NCBI GenBank assembly: GCA_031270825.1
Contig: JAISXH010000022.1
Coordinates: 33,710 to 97,709 of the forward strand
From: Bifidobacteriaceae bacterium
GTDB taxonomy: Bacteria; Actinomycetota; Actinomycetes; Actinomycetales; WQXJ01
Length of the DNA: 64,000 bases
Direction: 5' to 3'
A program made the position numbers and the translations under genes. How positions within the stretch are numbered: the first letter of the stretch is position 1; every line of letters begins with the position of its first letter. This document shows positions 14,913 through 24,368 of the stretch, piece after piece. The notes beneath the pieces are model-generated. The model did no database searches and was not told where the DNA came from. It saw only the letters and a program-made list of their open reading frames with translations.

Positions 14913-16600
14913 CGCCGGCTGAGACTGGCGCTAAATGGATCCGCCGCCTTGGATTCGACACCGTTCTAGTTCACCCGGCACCGGCCAAGGACGCTCTTGG
15001 CTTCGAGCAGGAGCTGCAGCGGCGATCAGCCGACCTCGCCGAGAAGTTTGTTTTCGCAGGCGGCTCCGATGCTGGTGGCCGTGAGCTGACAAACGGGCCA
15101 AGCCGTTTTCCTGGTGCCAGCGGGTTGGCCGACGCGGTCCAGGATTTCGCCAACGAGTGCGGACTGTGGCAAGGGTCCAATGACGAGGCTGTCCTATGGC
15201 CCGTGCTTGAGATCGACTCGCGGGCCTGCACCCTCAGGCGCTTCGGCATCCGAACGGCTCCGAGTGACGGGTTGCGGGCAGTCAGCCCCGACCCTGGCCG
15301 TCGCGGCGGGCTGTCGCGCGAATCCCCTCTGGAAGCACTCGATCTCCCTCCAGACGTGGCGGCCGGACAGGGTTTGGGTTACCTCGGTAACACCGGCGCA
15401 TGGGGCCTTGAGTGGACCACGGCCGCACCGGTTTCCGACAAGGTTTGGATCGATGTCGGTGGAAGACCCTTTGAATTGAACTGGTCAGGACACGAGAACA
15501 CTTACGAACTGTCGTTGCGGTCATGCGTGCTGGAAGGATTGGAGCGCACGGCTGGAGCGCTTGGCGGCGGAACGCAGGTCGTTGTCTCCCCTGCGGTTGA
15601 ACTCGACGCGAGGTTCATGTCCCCCGGCGCGTTCGGACGCTACCCGGACTCCGCGTACGAGCATGAGCTGGTCGCGTTCGATCCAGCAGAGAGCCATGAG
15701 TGGGTGGAAGCACAGAGTCTCACGAGTGGCGAACCCGTGTATGTGCCGGTGGAGCTGGTGCATTATGGACGTCACGTTGCGCGCCGTTGGGCCTTTGGCA
15801 CGTCCTCAGGTTGGGCGGTCGGTTCGACATCGGAAGAGGCGGCATTCTTCGGACTGGTCGAGCTTCTCGAGAGAGACGCGATTGTCTCCAGCTGGTACGG
15901 TGGGATCTCCCCGACGCCGGTCAACGCGTCAACCGTGGAAGAAGTTCAAGACATATTGTCCAGGGCCGCTCTCCTCGACTGTCAGTTTCATGTCAGCCAA
16001 GTCCCATCTCAAATCGGGATGCCCGTCATGGTCGCGGTTGCCAAATCGCCGGAGGCCGCCGTGTTCGGATCGGCTGCACATCCCGATCCGCGCCGGGCTT
16101 TGATCGGCGCGGTCAACGAGGCCTGGGCCTACTTGCCGGAGAGGGAACGCACGGCGCGGAGGTTGCGGTCTAGGGGCCTCCTGCCGAAGGCGGGGCCAGC
16201 TAACGTGGAAACCATTGACGACCACGCCTCGTTGGCATTCGAGCCAACCCTCCTGATCGGCCTGGACAGATTCACGCATGACGACAGCATCGCCGGGTTC
16301 CCCGTCGGCGACATAGGGCCTTGGCATCCAAACGCCCTGGCCGAACGCGGACCTCTGGGCGCAGCAGTCGATCAGTTGGCCGGACACGGTCTCGAGGCTC
16401 TAGTTGTCGCAGCGTCTTCTCCGACAGCCCAATCCATGGCTGTCCATGTGGTGGCATCTCTCGTGCCCGGTCTGGTTCCAATCGATTTCGGATATCGCCG
16501 CCAACGGGCGCCGCAGATGGACCGAATCCTCGAACTGGCTGAGCTGTTCACCGGGCAGCGCCCCGAAGCGCCGTGGCCCGAACTCCACCCCTTCAGCTGA
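14900..16600 (+). CDS. Second YcaO-domain protein (YcaO-2), stand-alone
   Basis: 'WAFGTSSGWAVGSTSEEAAFFGLVELLERDAIVSSWYGG' and C-terminal 'SLVPGLVPIDFGYRRQRAP'. The start overlaps the permease stop by 10 nt. Confidence 0.9.
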   Translation: MAVTTPAETGAKWIRRLGFDTVLVHPAPAKDALGFEQELQRRSADLAEKFVFAGGSDAGGRELTNGPSRFPGASGLADAVQDFANECGLWQGSNDEAVLWPVLEIDSRACTLRRFGIRTAPSDGLRAVSPDPGRRGGLSRESPLEALDLPPDVAAGQGLGYLGNTGAWGLEWTTAAPVSDKVWIDVGGRPFELNWSGHENTYELSLRSCVLEGLERTAGALGGGTQVVVSPAVELDARFMSPGAFGRYPDSAYEHELVAFDPAESHEWVEAQSLTSGEPVYVPVELVHYGRHVARRWAFGTSSGWAVGSTSEEAAFFGLVELLERDAIVSSWYGGISPTPVNASTVEEVQDILSRAALLDCQFHVSQVPSQIGMPVMVAVAKSPEAAVFGSAAHPDPRRALIGAVNEAWAYLPERERTARRLRSRGLLPKAGPANVETIDDHASLAFEPTLLIGLDRFTHDDSIAGFPVGDIGPWHPNALAERGPLGAAVDQLAGHGLEALVVAASSPTAQSMAVHVVASLVPGLVPIDFGYRRQRAPQMDRILELAELFTGQRPEAPWPELHPFS

Positions 16601-16648
16601 CGGTAGCCAACTTGGCTGAGCCGCCTGGAACCAACGAAAGACCGAAAC

Positions 16649-17275
16649 ATGCATGACACCGCAGCCTCGCAGGCATCCGTCGTAAGCGTGGACGCGCAGC
16701 CGTCCTTCCGGATCCCTAATCCCGCCGTGGTCTTACGATGGGCCACCCTCTACTACGCGATCGCGGCGGCCGTCGCCCGTCCGGTGATCGGCGGGTTGGC
16801 TGCCGCCGTCGCAGTAGGCCTGGCTTGGGCACCGCCGATCCCGGGCTTCGGGACAGCCCGACAAGGCCTTGAGGTCAGTCCTGTGGCTGCGCCGGAGTCC
16901 TCTCACCGTGTCCCACGGCGGCTTCGTCAAGCGGTGCTTGCCACCTCCTGGCTTGAAGCTGTGGTGTTCGGCGCGGGAGGACTGGTCTCTTGGGCCGTGG
17001 ATGAGTTGGCCGCTTGGCCCATCGCAGTCGCGGTGGCCGCCACCTGCCATATCACAACTGTCGGCCTGGTCGCACGGCGGATCATTGACGCGTTCGCCCT
17101 GCCGATCGCCTGGGCGTCCTGCGTGGCAGCACTGGCAGTCACCGTACAAGACGGCCACCCCTTGCGTGGTTGTGCGATCGCTGCTGCGACACTCGCCCTG
17201 GTCACCGCGAGTTATGCTCGCCACATCGGTATTCGGGAGACTTCTTCCAAGGCCGAGGACGGTGGCTTGCGATGA
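16649..17275 (+). CDS. Hypothetical integral membrane protein (about 4 TM helices)
   Basis: Ala/Val/Leu-rich hydrophobic segments. Its stop overlaps the next ATG (ATGA at 17272). I recognise no motif. Confidence 0.5.
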   Translation: MHDTAASQASVVSVDAQPSFRIPNPAVVLRWATLYYAIAAAVARPVIGGLAAAVAVGLAWAPPIPGFGTARQGLEVSPVAAPESSHRVPRRLRQAVLATSWLEAVVFGAGGLVSWAVDELAAWPIAVAVAATCHITTVGLVARRIIDAFALPIAWASCVAALAVTVQDGHPLRGCAIAAATLALVTASYARHIGIRETSSKAEDGGLR

Positions 17276-17760
17276 GCGGGCTGCCGATCCGCGTGGTGAC
17301 GTTTTCCCGACACGGTTCCACCGATGAGGTGGGCAGGTGGGTCGCGCGATCCTTGGCGGGGTTAGTTGATGCTTCGGTCTACCAAAATGATTCGACCGGC
17401 GATCCGGAGACAGGCCTTGGCGCGGCGAGCAGGGTTGTGGTCGGAATGCCTGTCTACGCCAACCATTGGCGTCCGGAGGCGCGGCGCTTCCTGAACCGCT
17501 GCGCGTCAACCTTAGGGCAACGGGAGGTCTGGCTCTTCACCTGTTCGCTCGGCGGTGGCTTGGACGACCTGGACCACCTCGAGCCAGAGCTTGTGCCAGT
17601 AGGTCTAGCCCATTTCGGAGGCAAACTGGACTGGGATCGTCTGGCCGTCCCCGAGCGCATGCTGATGCGGGCCCTCGGCCAAACGTCGTGCGATCGGCGC
17701 TCGCGCGCGGATGTCGAAGCCTGGGCCGCTTCGATTGTGCGAACTGCGGCGTTGACCTAG
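17272..17760 (+). CDS. Flavodoxin-like domain protein (HemG/flavodoxin_5-like)
   Basis: 'IRVVTFSRHGSTDEVGRWVA' resembles the flavodoxin phosphate-binding loop. About 162 aa, with 'VVVGMPVYANHW' and 'VWLFTCS' beta-strand patterns. Confidence 0.55.
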   Translation: MSGLPIRVVTFSRHGSTDEVGRWVARSLAGLVDASVYQNDSTGDPETGLGAASRVVVGMPVYANHWRPEARRFLNRCASTLGQREVWLFTCSLGGGLDDLDHLEPELVPVGLAHFGGKLDWDRLAVPERMLMRALGQTSCDRRSRADVEAWAASIVRTAALT

Positions 17761-18126
17761 AGGGCGGCTAGACCGATTTCGGCAGGCTTCGTGATCGCAT
17801 GGAGCACTGGCCGCCTGAAGGGAGTTTGGCACTCTGGGCCCCAATTCTCGCCGCTTGCCGGAGCGATTCAGCCGGTCGGGGTGGCCCTTGAACCGGAGTT
17901 CTGCCGCTTGATGGCGTGAGTCGTGCGTCGGGCTTGTGGCTTGGGGGTTCGGTGACGGTTTGGCGGGAATGTGTCACTTAGCCGGGTGGCGACCTCTGCG
18001 GGTGCGGGGTCCAGCGTGCGAGCAAGAAGGGCAAGCGCGGTGGGCTGGTTGGCCGGAACCGCAGGCCCGCGTCCCCTTGCGTACTGTGCCTTTGCGGAAT
18101 CAGCACAATCACCGTCCCCTTGCGTA

Positions 18127-18360
18127 CTGCCGATGCGCTATATGGTCGAAGCGATTGGCGGCAGCCTGACCGGGGTGGCGCCGTCGTCCGCGATCGGTCT
18201 GGGAGCAATCGTCTTGGCTGGGGTCGCGGCGTTGTTCTTTGGTGGCGCCACGAAGATCGTCAAATGGCTGTGACCAGCTCGAGAGGTTTGTTCGCGGAGG
18301 CTGCGCCGACGCTGGCGGCCGCCCGCCGCCAAACAGGCTAAACCGCTTCGCCAGCGCCAA
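18127..18360 (+). pseudogene. Remnant copy of the permease 3' end / YcaO-2 5' end junction (right copy of direct repeat plus decayed YcaO fragment)
   Basis: 18127-18276 matches 14763-14912 at 145/150 positions. 18281-18360 aligns more loosely (about 70% by eye) to 15041-15125, with about 128 bp (14913-15040) missing. A 16-bp direct repeat GTCCCCTTGCGTACTG (18071 and 18114) sits at the left junction. Confidence 0.8.
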
Positions 18361-18437
18361 GGGGGAGGCAATTAAACGGACGATGCCGCGCACCCACCTG
18401 AGGTGCACGGCATCGTCCCGGAAAAGCCGGGCAGCGC

Positions 18438-20285
18438 CTACAGCTCGGCGGCCTGCAAACGCTCGCGAAGCGCGACCAACTGGCCGGTCAAAGCGGCCGG
18501 GAGGCGCTCGCCGAACTGGGCGAAATACTCCTCGGTGAGATCGGCCTCGGCCAGCCAGGCGGCCGGATCGATCGCGAATAGCTGCTCCAGGGTGCCCTCA
18601 GGCAAGTCCAGACCCTCGACGTTGAATTCGCCCGGAAGCGGAATCTGGCCGATGGGGGTCTTTTGCGAGCCGGCGTCACCGAGGACGCGAGCCACGGCCC
18701 AGGCCAACACACGCGAGTTCTCGCCGAAGCCGGGCCACAGGAACTTGCCGTTGGCGTCCTTGCGGAACCAGTTGACCTGGAAGATCCGCGGCGCTTTGTC
18801 GGCCAGCAACTCGCCCATGTGCAGCCAGTGGCCCCAATAGTCGCCCATGTTGTAACCGCAGAACGGCAACATGGCGAAAGGATCACGGCGCAACGCGCCG
18901 ACCGCGCCTTCGGCCGCGGCCGTTTGTTCGGAGGAAACCGTGGCGCCAATGAACACGCCATGCTCCCAGTTCAGGGACTCATTGACGACGGGCACGTTGG
19001 TGGCGCGGCGCCCGCCGAACAAGATGATGTCGACCGGCACGCCCTTCGGGTCGTTGAACTCCGGGGCGATGATCGGGCACTGCGAGGCCGGCGCGGTGAA
19101 GCGCGAGTTCGGGTGCGAACTGGGAGTCTCTGAGGCGGGCGTCCAGTCGTTTCCGCGCCAGTCGATCAGATGGGCGGGCGGGGTGTCCGTCATCCCCTCC
19201 CACCAGACGTCGCCATCGTCGGTCAGGGCCACGTTGGTGAAGATGGTGTTCTCTGTCATCGACAGCATGGCGTTCTTGTTGGTCTTCATGGACGTGCCGG
19301 GGGCCACGCCGAAGAACCCGGACTCCGGGTTGATCGCGTACAGCCGGCCGTCCGGGCCGGGCCGCATCCAGGCGATGTCGTCGCCCACGGTCTCCACTTT
19401 CCAGCCGGGGATGGTCGGCACCAACATGGCCAGGTTGGTCTTGCCGCAGGCGGACGGGAAGGCCGCTGTCACCACGGAGGTCTTGCCCTGCGGGCTGGTC
19501 AGCTTCAGGATCAGCATGTGATCGGCCATCCAGTCCTCGTCATGGGCCATGACCGAGGCGATTCTGAGCGCGTAGCACTTCTTGCCGAGCAGGGCGTTGC
19601 CGCCGTAACCGGAGCCGTAAGACCAGATTTCGCGGGTCTCCGGGAAGTGCGTGATGTATTTCTCGTCGTTGCAGGGCCAGGCCACGTCAGGGCGTTCGTT
19701 GCCGTCTGCGTCAACCAGCGGATAGCCCACCGAGTGGACGGCGGGCACGAAGTCCACGTCTTCGGTGATCAGGTCGAGAGCCTGGCGACCCATCCGGGTC
19801 ATGATCTTCATGTTGATCACCACATACGGCGAGTCAGTGATTTCAATGCCCAGCTTAGAAATGTTGCCGCCCAGCGGGCCCATCGAGAACGGCACCACAT
19901 ACATGGTCCGGCCGCGCATGGAGCCCGTGAACACCTGATCTAGGATTTCCCGCATCTCGGCCGGGGCCTTCCAGTTATTGGTCGGGCCGGCGTCGATCTC
20001 CTTCTCGGAGCAAATGAACGTCCGCGACTCCACCCGGGCCACATCGCCGGGTTCCGAGCGGGCCAAGAAGGAGTTCGGCCGCTTGGCGGGGTTCAAGCGA
20101 ATGAGGGTACCGGAGGCAACCATCTCATCGGTCAAGCGCTTCCATTCCTCTTCCGAGCCATCAGCCCAGACGATCTCTTTCGGCTGTGTCTTGGCCGCGA
20201 CGTCGGCGACCCATTGGATGAGTTTGGCATTTTTGGTCGGCGCCGTCGCCGCGATGGCGGCAAACGAGGTGTCAGCAATGGTCAT
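18438..20285 (-). CDS. pckG: Phosphoenolpyruvate carboxykinase (GTP)
   Basis: '[19 protein letters not shown]', '[13 protein letters not shown]' and a length of 615 aa from the ATG at 20285 ('MTIADTS...'). The ORF-track extension to 20588 is a GC-driven run-on. Confidence 0.95.
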   Translation of the reverse strand: MTIADTSFAAIAATAPTKNAKLIQWVADVAAKTQPKEIVWADGSEEEWKRLTDEMVASGTLIRLNPAKRPNSFLARSEPGDVARVESRTFICSEKEIDAGPTNNWKAPAEMREILDQVFTGSMRGRTMYVVPFSMGPLGGNISKLGIEITDSPYVVINMKIMTRMGRQALDLITEDVDFVPAVHSVGYPLVDADGNERPDVAWPCNDEKYITHFPETREIWSYGSGYGGNALLGKKCYALRIASVMAHDEDWMADHMLILKLTSPQGKTSVVTAAFPSACGKTNLAMLVPTIPGWKVETVGDDIAWMRPGPDGRLYAINPESGFFGVAPGTSMKTNKNAMLSMTENTIFTNVALTDDGDVWWEGMTDTPPAHLIDWRGNDWTPASETPSSHPNSRFTAPASQCPIIAPEFNDPKGVPVDIILFGGRRATNVPVVNESLNWEHGVFIGATVSSEQTAAAEGAVGALRRDPFAMLPFCGYNMGDYWGHWLHMGELLADKAPRIFQVNWFRKDANGKFLWPGFGENSRVLAWAVARVLGDAGSQKTPIGQIPLPGEFNVEGLDLPEGTLEQLFAIDPAAWLAEADLTEEYFAQFGERLPAALTGQLVALRERLQAAEL

Positions 20286-20581
20286 GTCCCACAAAACCTT
20301 CCATCGGTCAGTTGTAATCCCCGCAATGCACCAGACACTGGGGGAGGAGCGCGGTCGGGCTGGCCGGTCGCCCCGGCTGGCCACGCCCGCAGATCGCCAG
20401 CCCGCCAGCCCGCGCACAGGGCGCGCCGCAGCGGCGGGGTCGCGATCCACACCGGTCACTAGCCTATTCGCATTCCGCCCGGCGCCTGACGGAGGGTTCG
20501 GGCGCGCTCGGGTATTGGCCGTTGCCCGATGCCGCCCGGCCGCCTCCGCAATAGCCGCCGGGCCGCCGGGATGAGAGTTGG

Positions 20582-20641
20582 GCGGCAAGCAAGTGCGGCT
20601 TCGGGCCTGGGAATCCGTTTATTCACCGGATTCCCAGGCCG
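20582..20641 (+). repeat. 60-bp intergenic hairpin repeat, copy 1
   Basis: gcggcaagcaagtgcggcttcgggCCTGGGAATCCGtttattcaCCGGATTCCCAGGccg has a 12-bp perfect stem. It matches 38213-38272 at 53/60 positions. Confidence 0.8.
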
Positions 20642-20766
20642 CCAGCGTGGCTGGCGGCATCCGCCAACCGAACCATCACGCGACGCACAGTCGCGGCCAT
20701 GGCCGATGGGGCGACACAGCGGCGCCGGACTTGCCCTTGACCAGGCCTTGTCGCCTTGCTCGCGGG

Positions 20767-22053
20767 TCAGGGGATGAGGGCGTGGCGTTGGATGATCGCG
20801 TCGCGGGCGGCGCCCACGCCGATCACGGAGATGCGGGCGCCTGACAGTTCTTCGACCGCGGTGACGTAGGACTGCGCGTTGGGCGGCAATTGCTTGAAAG
20901 AGCGGGCGCGAGAAATGTCCTGGTCCCAGCCCGGGAGGTATTCGTAGAGCGGGCGGGCGTGGTGGATGTCGCTTTGCGAGACGGGCAGATCGCGGTGGAC
21001 CGAGCCGCCCACGTCGTAGGCGACACAGACCGGAATCCGGTCCCACCCGGTCAGGACGTCGAGCTTGGTGAGAACGAAGTCGGTGACGCCGTTGATCCGG
21101 GCCGCGTAACGCGCCACCGGCGCGTCATACCAGCCGCAACGGCGGGGACGACCGGTGGTCACCCCGTACTCGTTGCCGCTGGCGCGCAAACGTTCGCCGT
21201 CGACATCGTGCAATTCGGTGACAAACGGGCCCGCCCCCACCCGGGTGGCATAGGCCTTGATCACCGCGACCACCCGGTCGATCCGCTTGGGTCCCACGCC
21301 GCTGCCGGTGCAGGCGCCGCCGGCGGTGGCGTTCGAGCTGGTGACAAACGGGTAGGTGCCGTGGTCCACGTCCAACATGGTGGCCTGGCCGCCTTCGAAC
21401 AACACGGTGGCGCCGCGATCCAGGGCGTCGTTGAGCATCAGGGCCGTGTCCGCGACCAGGGGGCGGACGCGATCGGCGTAGGCCTCGAGTTCCTCCAGGA
21501 CCTCCTCGACCGAGATGGCGCGGCGGTTGTACACCTTGACCAAGAGGTGGTTCTTCTGCATCAAGGCGCCTTCGATTTTCTGGCGCAGAATCGAAGAGTC
21601 GAACAGGTCCTGGACGCGCAAGCCGACGCGCTGCATTTTGTCCGCGTAGGTGGGGCCGATGCCGCGCCCAGTGGTGCCGATCTGGCGTTTGCCGAGAAAA
21701 CGTTCGGTCACCCGGTCCATGGTGCGGTTGTAGCTGGGGATGAGATGGGCGTTGGAGGAGAGCACCAGCCGGGAGACGTCTATGCCCCTGGTCTCCAGCG
21801 CCTGGATCTCGTTGAACAGCACTTCCAGGTCCACCACCACGCCGTTGCCGATCACGGGTGTCACCCCCGGGGTCAAGATTCCAGAGGGCAGCAGATGCAG
21901 CGCGTAGGTCTGGCCGCCGATCACCACGGTGTGGCCGGCGTTGTTGCCGCCGTTGAACTTGACCACGTAGTCGACGTCTTGGCCGAGCAGGTCGGTGGCC
22001 TTGCCCTTGCCCTCGTCTCCCCATTGGGCGCCGACCAGCACAATTCCTGGCAT
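20767..22053 (-). CDS. purA: Adenylosuccinate synthase
   Basis: '[23 protein letters not shown]' N-terminus and '[14 protein letters not shown]'. 428 aa from the ATG at 22053. Confidence 0.95.
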   Translation of the reverse strand: MPGIVLVGAQWGDEGKGKATDLLGQDVDYVVKFNGGNNAGHTVVIGGQTYALHLLPSGILTPGVTPVIGNGVVVDLEVLFNEIQALETRGIDVSRLVLSSNAHLIPSYNRTMDRVTERFLGKRQIGTTGRGIGPTYADKMQRVGLRVQDLFDSSILRQKIEGALMQKNHLLVKVYNRRAISVEEVLEELEAYADRVRPLVADTALMLNDALDRGATVLFEGGQATMLDVDHGTYPFVTSSNATAGGACTGSGVGPKRIDRVVAVIKAYATRVGAGPFVTELHDVDGERLRASGNEYGVTTGRPRRCGWYDAPVARYAARINGVTDFVLTKLDVLTGWDRIPVCVAYDVGGSVHRDLPVSQSDIHHARPLYEYLPGWDQDISRARSFKQLPPNAQSYVTAVEELSGARISVIGVGAARDAIIQRHALIP

Positions 22054-22139
22054 GTCCACTCCCTCCTGCCTCGTTTGGTCCCGGAAAAGGCTACCGGACC
22101 GCCCGGTGGCGTCGGCGGTGGCGGTGGAACAATGCTGGG

Positions 22140-23723
22140 ATGACATCATCGGCCAAGCGATCCGACCATGGCGAAATCTGGGCCGTTCGAGGACCGGCCA
22201 TCCTCCCGATCGAAACGCGGTCACCCGACGAGGGGGATGAATGCGGGGATCGCGGCGCCGGCGCCGGCGCGGCTGCCGGCTGGACAGATGTGAGCCGGGA
22301 CGGCCGGGCCGACGAACTGGGGTCCGGCCTGGGCACCGCCGCAGGTCTGGGCGCTCCTGCGGGCGGGGCGCTGGTGGCGGCCCGGCGGGATTCCGAACGG
22401 GTGGCCACAGGCTTGGTGGCGGACGCTGGGATCGTGATTCGCGATGGTCAGATTGTCGACGCCGGCGACTTCGACGCCCTGATGGAACTGGCCAGGTCCG
22501 AGCGCCAGCGCGATCCCCAGTCGCTCGCACCCGACTGGGCGACCGCCCTGGAACACGCCCGGCGGTGGGACGGGATCATCCTGCCGGGGCTGGTCGACCT
22601 GCACTGCCACGGAGGCGGAGGGCAGTCATTCCCGGATGCCGCTAACGCCGATGACGCGATGGTCGCCGTGGGCGAGCACCGGCGGCACGGAACCACGTCG
22701 CTGGTGGCTTCGCTGGTCACCGATTCGCCAGAGCGGCTCATTGGCCAGACCGCGCTGCTGTCCCAACTGTATGTGGCTGGCGAATTGGCCGGCATCCATC
22801 TGGAGGGGCCGTTCTTGTCAACGGACCGGGCAGGCGCCCAAGACCCGGCCAAGATGCAGGCCCCGAACCCGAACCTGGTCCGCCAGATCGCCGAGGCGGC
22901 GCGGGGCGGATTCGCCGTCATGACCATAGCCCCGGAGTTGGCGGGGGTGCTGCCAGGTTCCTGGACTGGGGAAGGGGGCGGCGCCGAAGCTGGGCGCCTG
23001 TCTGGCCGCGCGGCTGGAGGCGGGCCCGGTGGCGGCGGGGCGGCATCGGGCGCGGCGGAAGAAAGCGTGATCGAAGCGTTGGCGGCCGTCGGAGCGGTTG
23101 CCTCGTTCGGGCACACCAACTGCACGGCCGAAGAGATGGGCGCGGCCGTGCTCGCCGCAGACAGGTTGATGGCCGGCGGGCACTTCCGGATAGGCCGGGT
23201 CGCGACCGCAACCCACCTGTTCAACGGGATGCCGCCGATTCACCACCGGCGTCCCGGCCCGGCGCTTGAATGCTTGGCGAGGGCGGCGCAAGCGGAGATG
23301 GTGGTGGAGCTGGTGGCCGATGGCGTGCATCTCGACCCGCGGACAGTCAAGGATGTGTTCGTCTTGGCGGGGCGGGCGAACGTGGCCCTGGTGACCGACG
23401 CGATGGCGGCGGCGGGGATGCCGGACGGGCAATACCAATTGGGGCCGGCGGCGGTCACGGTGGCCGCGGGCGTGGCCCGCCTGACCGGCGGCGATTCGAT
23501 CGCCGGGGGGACGGCGCACCTGATCGACGTGGTCCGGTCTGCCTGGCGGTCGAGCGGAGTGCCTTTGGCGCAGGCCGTCGGCGCGGCCTCGCTGGCGCCG
23601 GCGCGGGTGCTGGGGCAGGCGGCGCGTTTCGGCGCCTTGGCCCCCGGGCGCCAGGCCGACTTGATCTTGGCCGATGCCGATCTCCGGCCGATCGAGGTCT
23701 ACCGGCACGGCCGTCGCGTCTGA
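22140..23723 (+). CDS. nagA: N-acetylglucosamine-6-phosphate deacetylase (start uncertain)
   Basis: '[15 protein letters not shown]', '[10 protein letters not shown]' and 'ATHLFNGM' fit NagA-type amidohydrolase motifs. The N-terminal ~90 aa of the ORF are probably not translated. Contains a Gly/Ala-rich insertion. Confidence 0.8.
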   Translation: MTSSAKRSDHGEIWAVRGPAILPIETRSPDEGDECGDRGAGAGAAAGWTDVSRDGRADELGSGLGTAAGLGAPAGGALVAARRDSERVATGLVADAGIVIRDGQIVDAGDFDALMELARSERQRDPQSLAPDWATALEHARRWDGIILPGLVDLHCHGGGGQSFPDAANADDAMVAVGEHRRHGTTSLVASLVTDSPERLIGQTALLSQLYVAGELAGIHLEGPFLSTDRAGAQDPAKMQAPNPNLVRQIAEAARGGFAVMTIAPELAGVLPGSWTGEGGGAEAGRLSGRAAGGGPGGGGAASGAAEESVIEALAAVGAVASFGHTNCTAEEMGAAVLAADRLMAGGHFRIGRVATATHLFNGMPPIHHRRPGPALECLARAAQAEMVVELVADGVHLDPRTVKDVFVLAGRANVALVTDAMAAAGMPDGQYQLGPAAVTVAAGVARLTGGDSIAGGTAHLIDVVRSAWRSSGVPLAQAVGAASLAPARVLGQAARFGALAPGRQADLILADADLRPIEVYRHGRRV

Positions 23724-23912
23724 TTCCTGGCCGGGTGCGGGCTGGTTCCGCGGCGGTGCTGGAATGCCTGTGGGCGGCATCGGGCAAGGGGCCGAAGACG
23801 GCCGATGGTCCGCTGGAACTGGCTTCTCCCGGCGGTGAGCGGCCGGCTCCTGGCGGTCGGTATGATGGTGGGCCGTTGGCCGGGTAGACTCGGCTGCCGG
23901 CTTATGTGGCCG

Positions 23913-23986
<74 letters not shown>

Positions 23987-23995
23987 CCATGTGGT

Positions 23996-24018
23996 GTCTC
24001 GGGACATAGGAAACCCGT
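23996..24018 (+). repeat. 23-bp tRNA-flank repeat unit (GTCTCGGGACATAGGAAACCCGT)
   Basis: Begins 10 nt after the tRNA-Pro discriminator base. 22/23 identical to unit 2 of the array at 61889-61980. Confidence 0.8.
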
Positions 24019-24054
24019 GAACACACGTTTCGCGGGTTCACGGGTTTGGTGTTT
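24013..24054 (+). terminator. Rho-independent-like terminator after tRNA-Pro
   Basis: ACCCGTGAAC (24013-24022) pairs with GTTCACGGGT (24036-24045) and is followed by TTGGTGTTTT. Confidence 0.55.
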
Positions 24055-24133
24055 TGCCTATGGGCTGGTAGGCCCTGGTGGGCCCGAGGACGAGTTGGCG
24101 GAGTGCTTCGGCGGTTTGCGTCCATTTGTCCGC

Positions 24134-24286
24134 CGAGTTCGACGTTCTGCATGCGCCCGGATTCCCGTTTAGCTCGTTGACCAGCGTAAACGCGAAGAAG
24201 GGCCGGTGCAAAGTGTCGAACTCGACCGGACTTAGCATGCACAGTGTCGAACTGGAGGCGATTTGGTATGCAAAGTGTCGAACTCG
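24134..24286. repeat. Array of four 18-bp sites (TGCAAAGTGTCGAACTCG type): one inverted + three direct with 31-bp phasing
   Basis: Direct copies at 24207-24224, 24238-24255 and 24269-24286. The first and third are identical, and the second has 2 mismatches. The inverted copy CGAGTTCGACGTTCTGCA lies at 24134-24151 (3 mismatches). Confidence 0.75.
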
Positions 24287-24368
24287 GCCGGATCGGGTGT
24301 ATTCCGTGACGGATGTGTTCCTTCAGGGGACACACCCGGTGGACATGCCGCCAGCGTGGAGTAGCCGG

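Noticed and set aside
14900-17760. Looked for a TfuA-like or second ThiF-like partner for YcaO-2.
   Set aside because: No frame in or around the cassette shows a recognisable TfuA or E1-like pattern. The absence is reported as part of a finding rather than as a feature.
17761-18126. Possible recombinase/integrase gene fragment at the right end of the YcaO-2 cassette. A minus-frame translation gives '...LALLARTLDPAPAEVATRL...'.
   Set aside because: It bears only a vague resemblance to the tyrosine-recombinase C-terminal region. There is no R..H..R..Y pattern and no extended ORF, so it cannot be supported by eye.
18438-22530. N-terminal extensions of pckG (to 20588) and purA (to 22530) in the ORF track.
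   Set aside because: The conserved N-termini (MTIADTS... and [18 protein letters not shown]...) begin at internal ATGs, at 20285 and 22053. The upstream parts are Arg/Pro-rich run-ons, and one contains the 60-bp intergenic repeat.
22941-23065. Gly/Ala-rich insertion in NagA (…[32 protein letters not shown]…).
   Set aside because: This is a low-complexity, GC-driven loop expansion of a kind common in high-GC actinobacterial enzymes. There is no evidence of a separate element.
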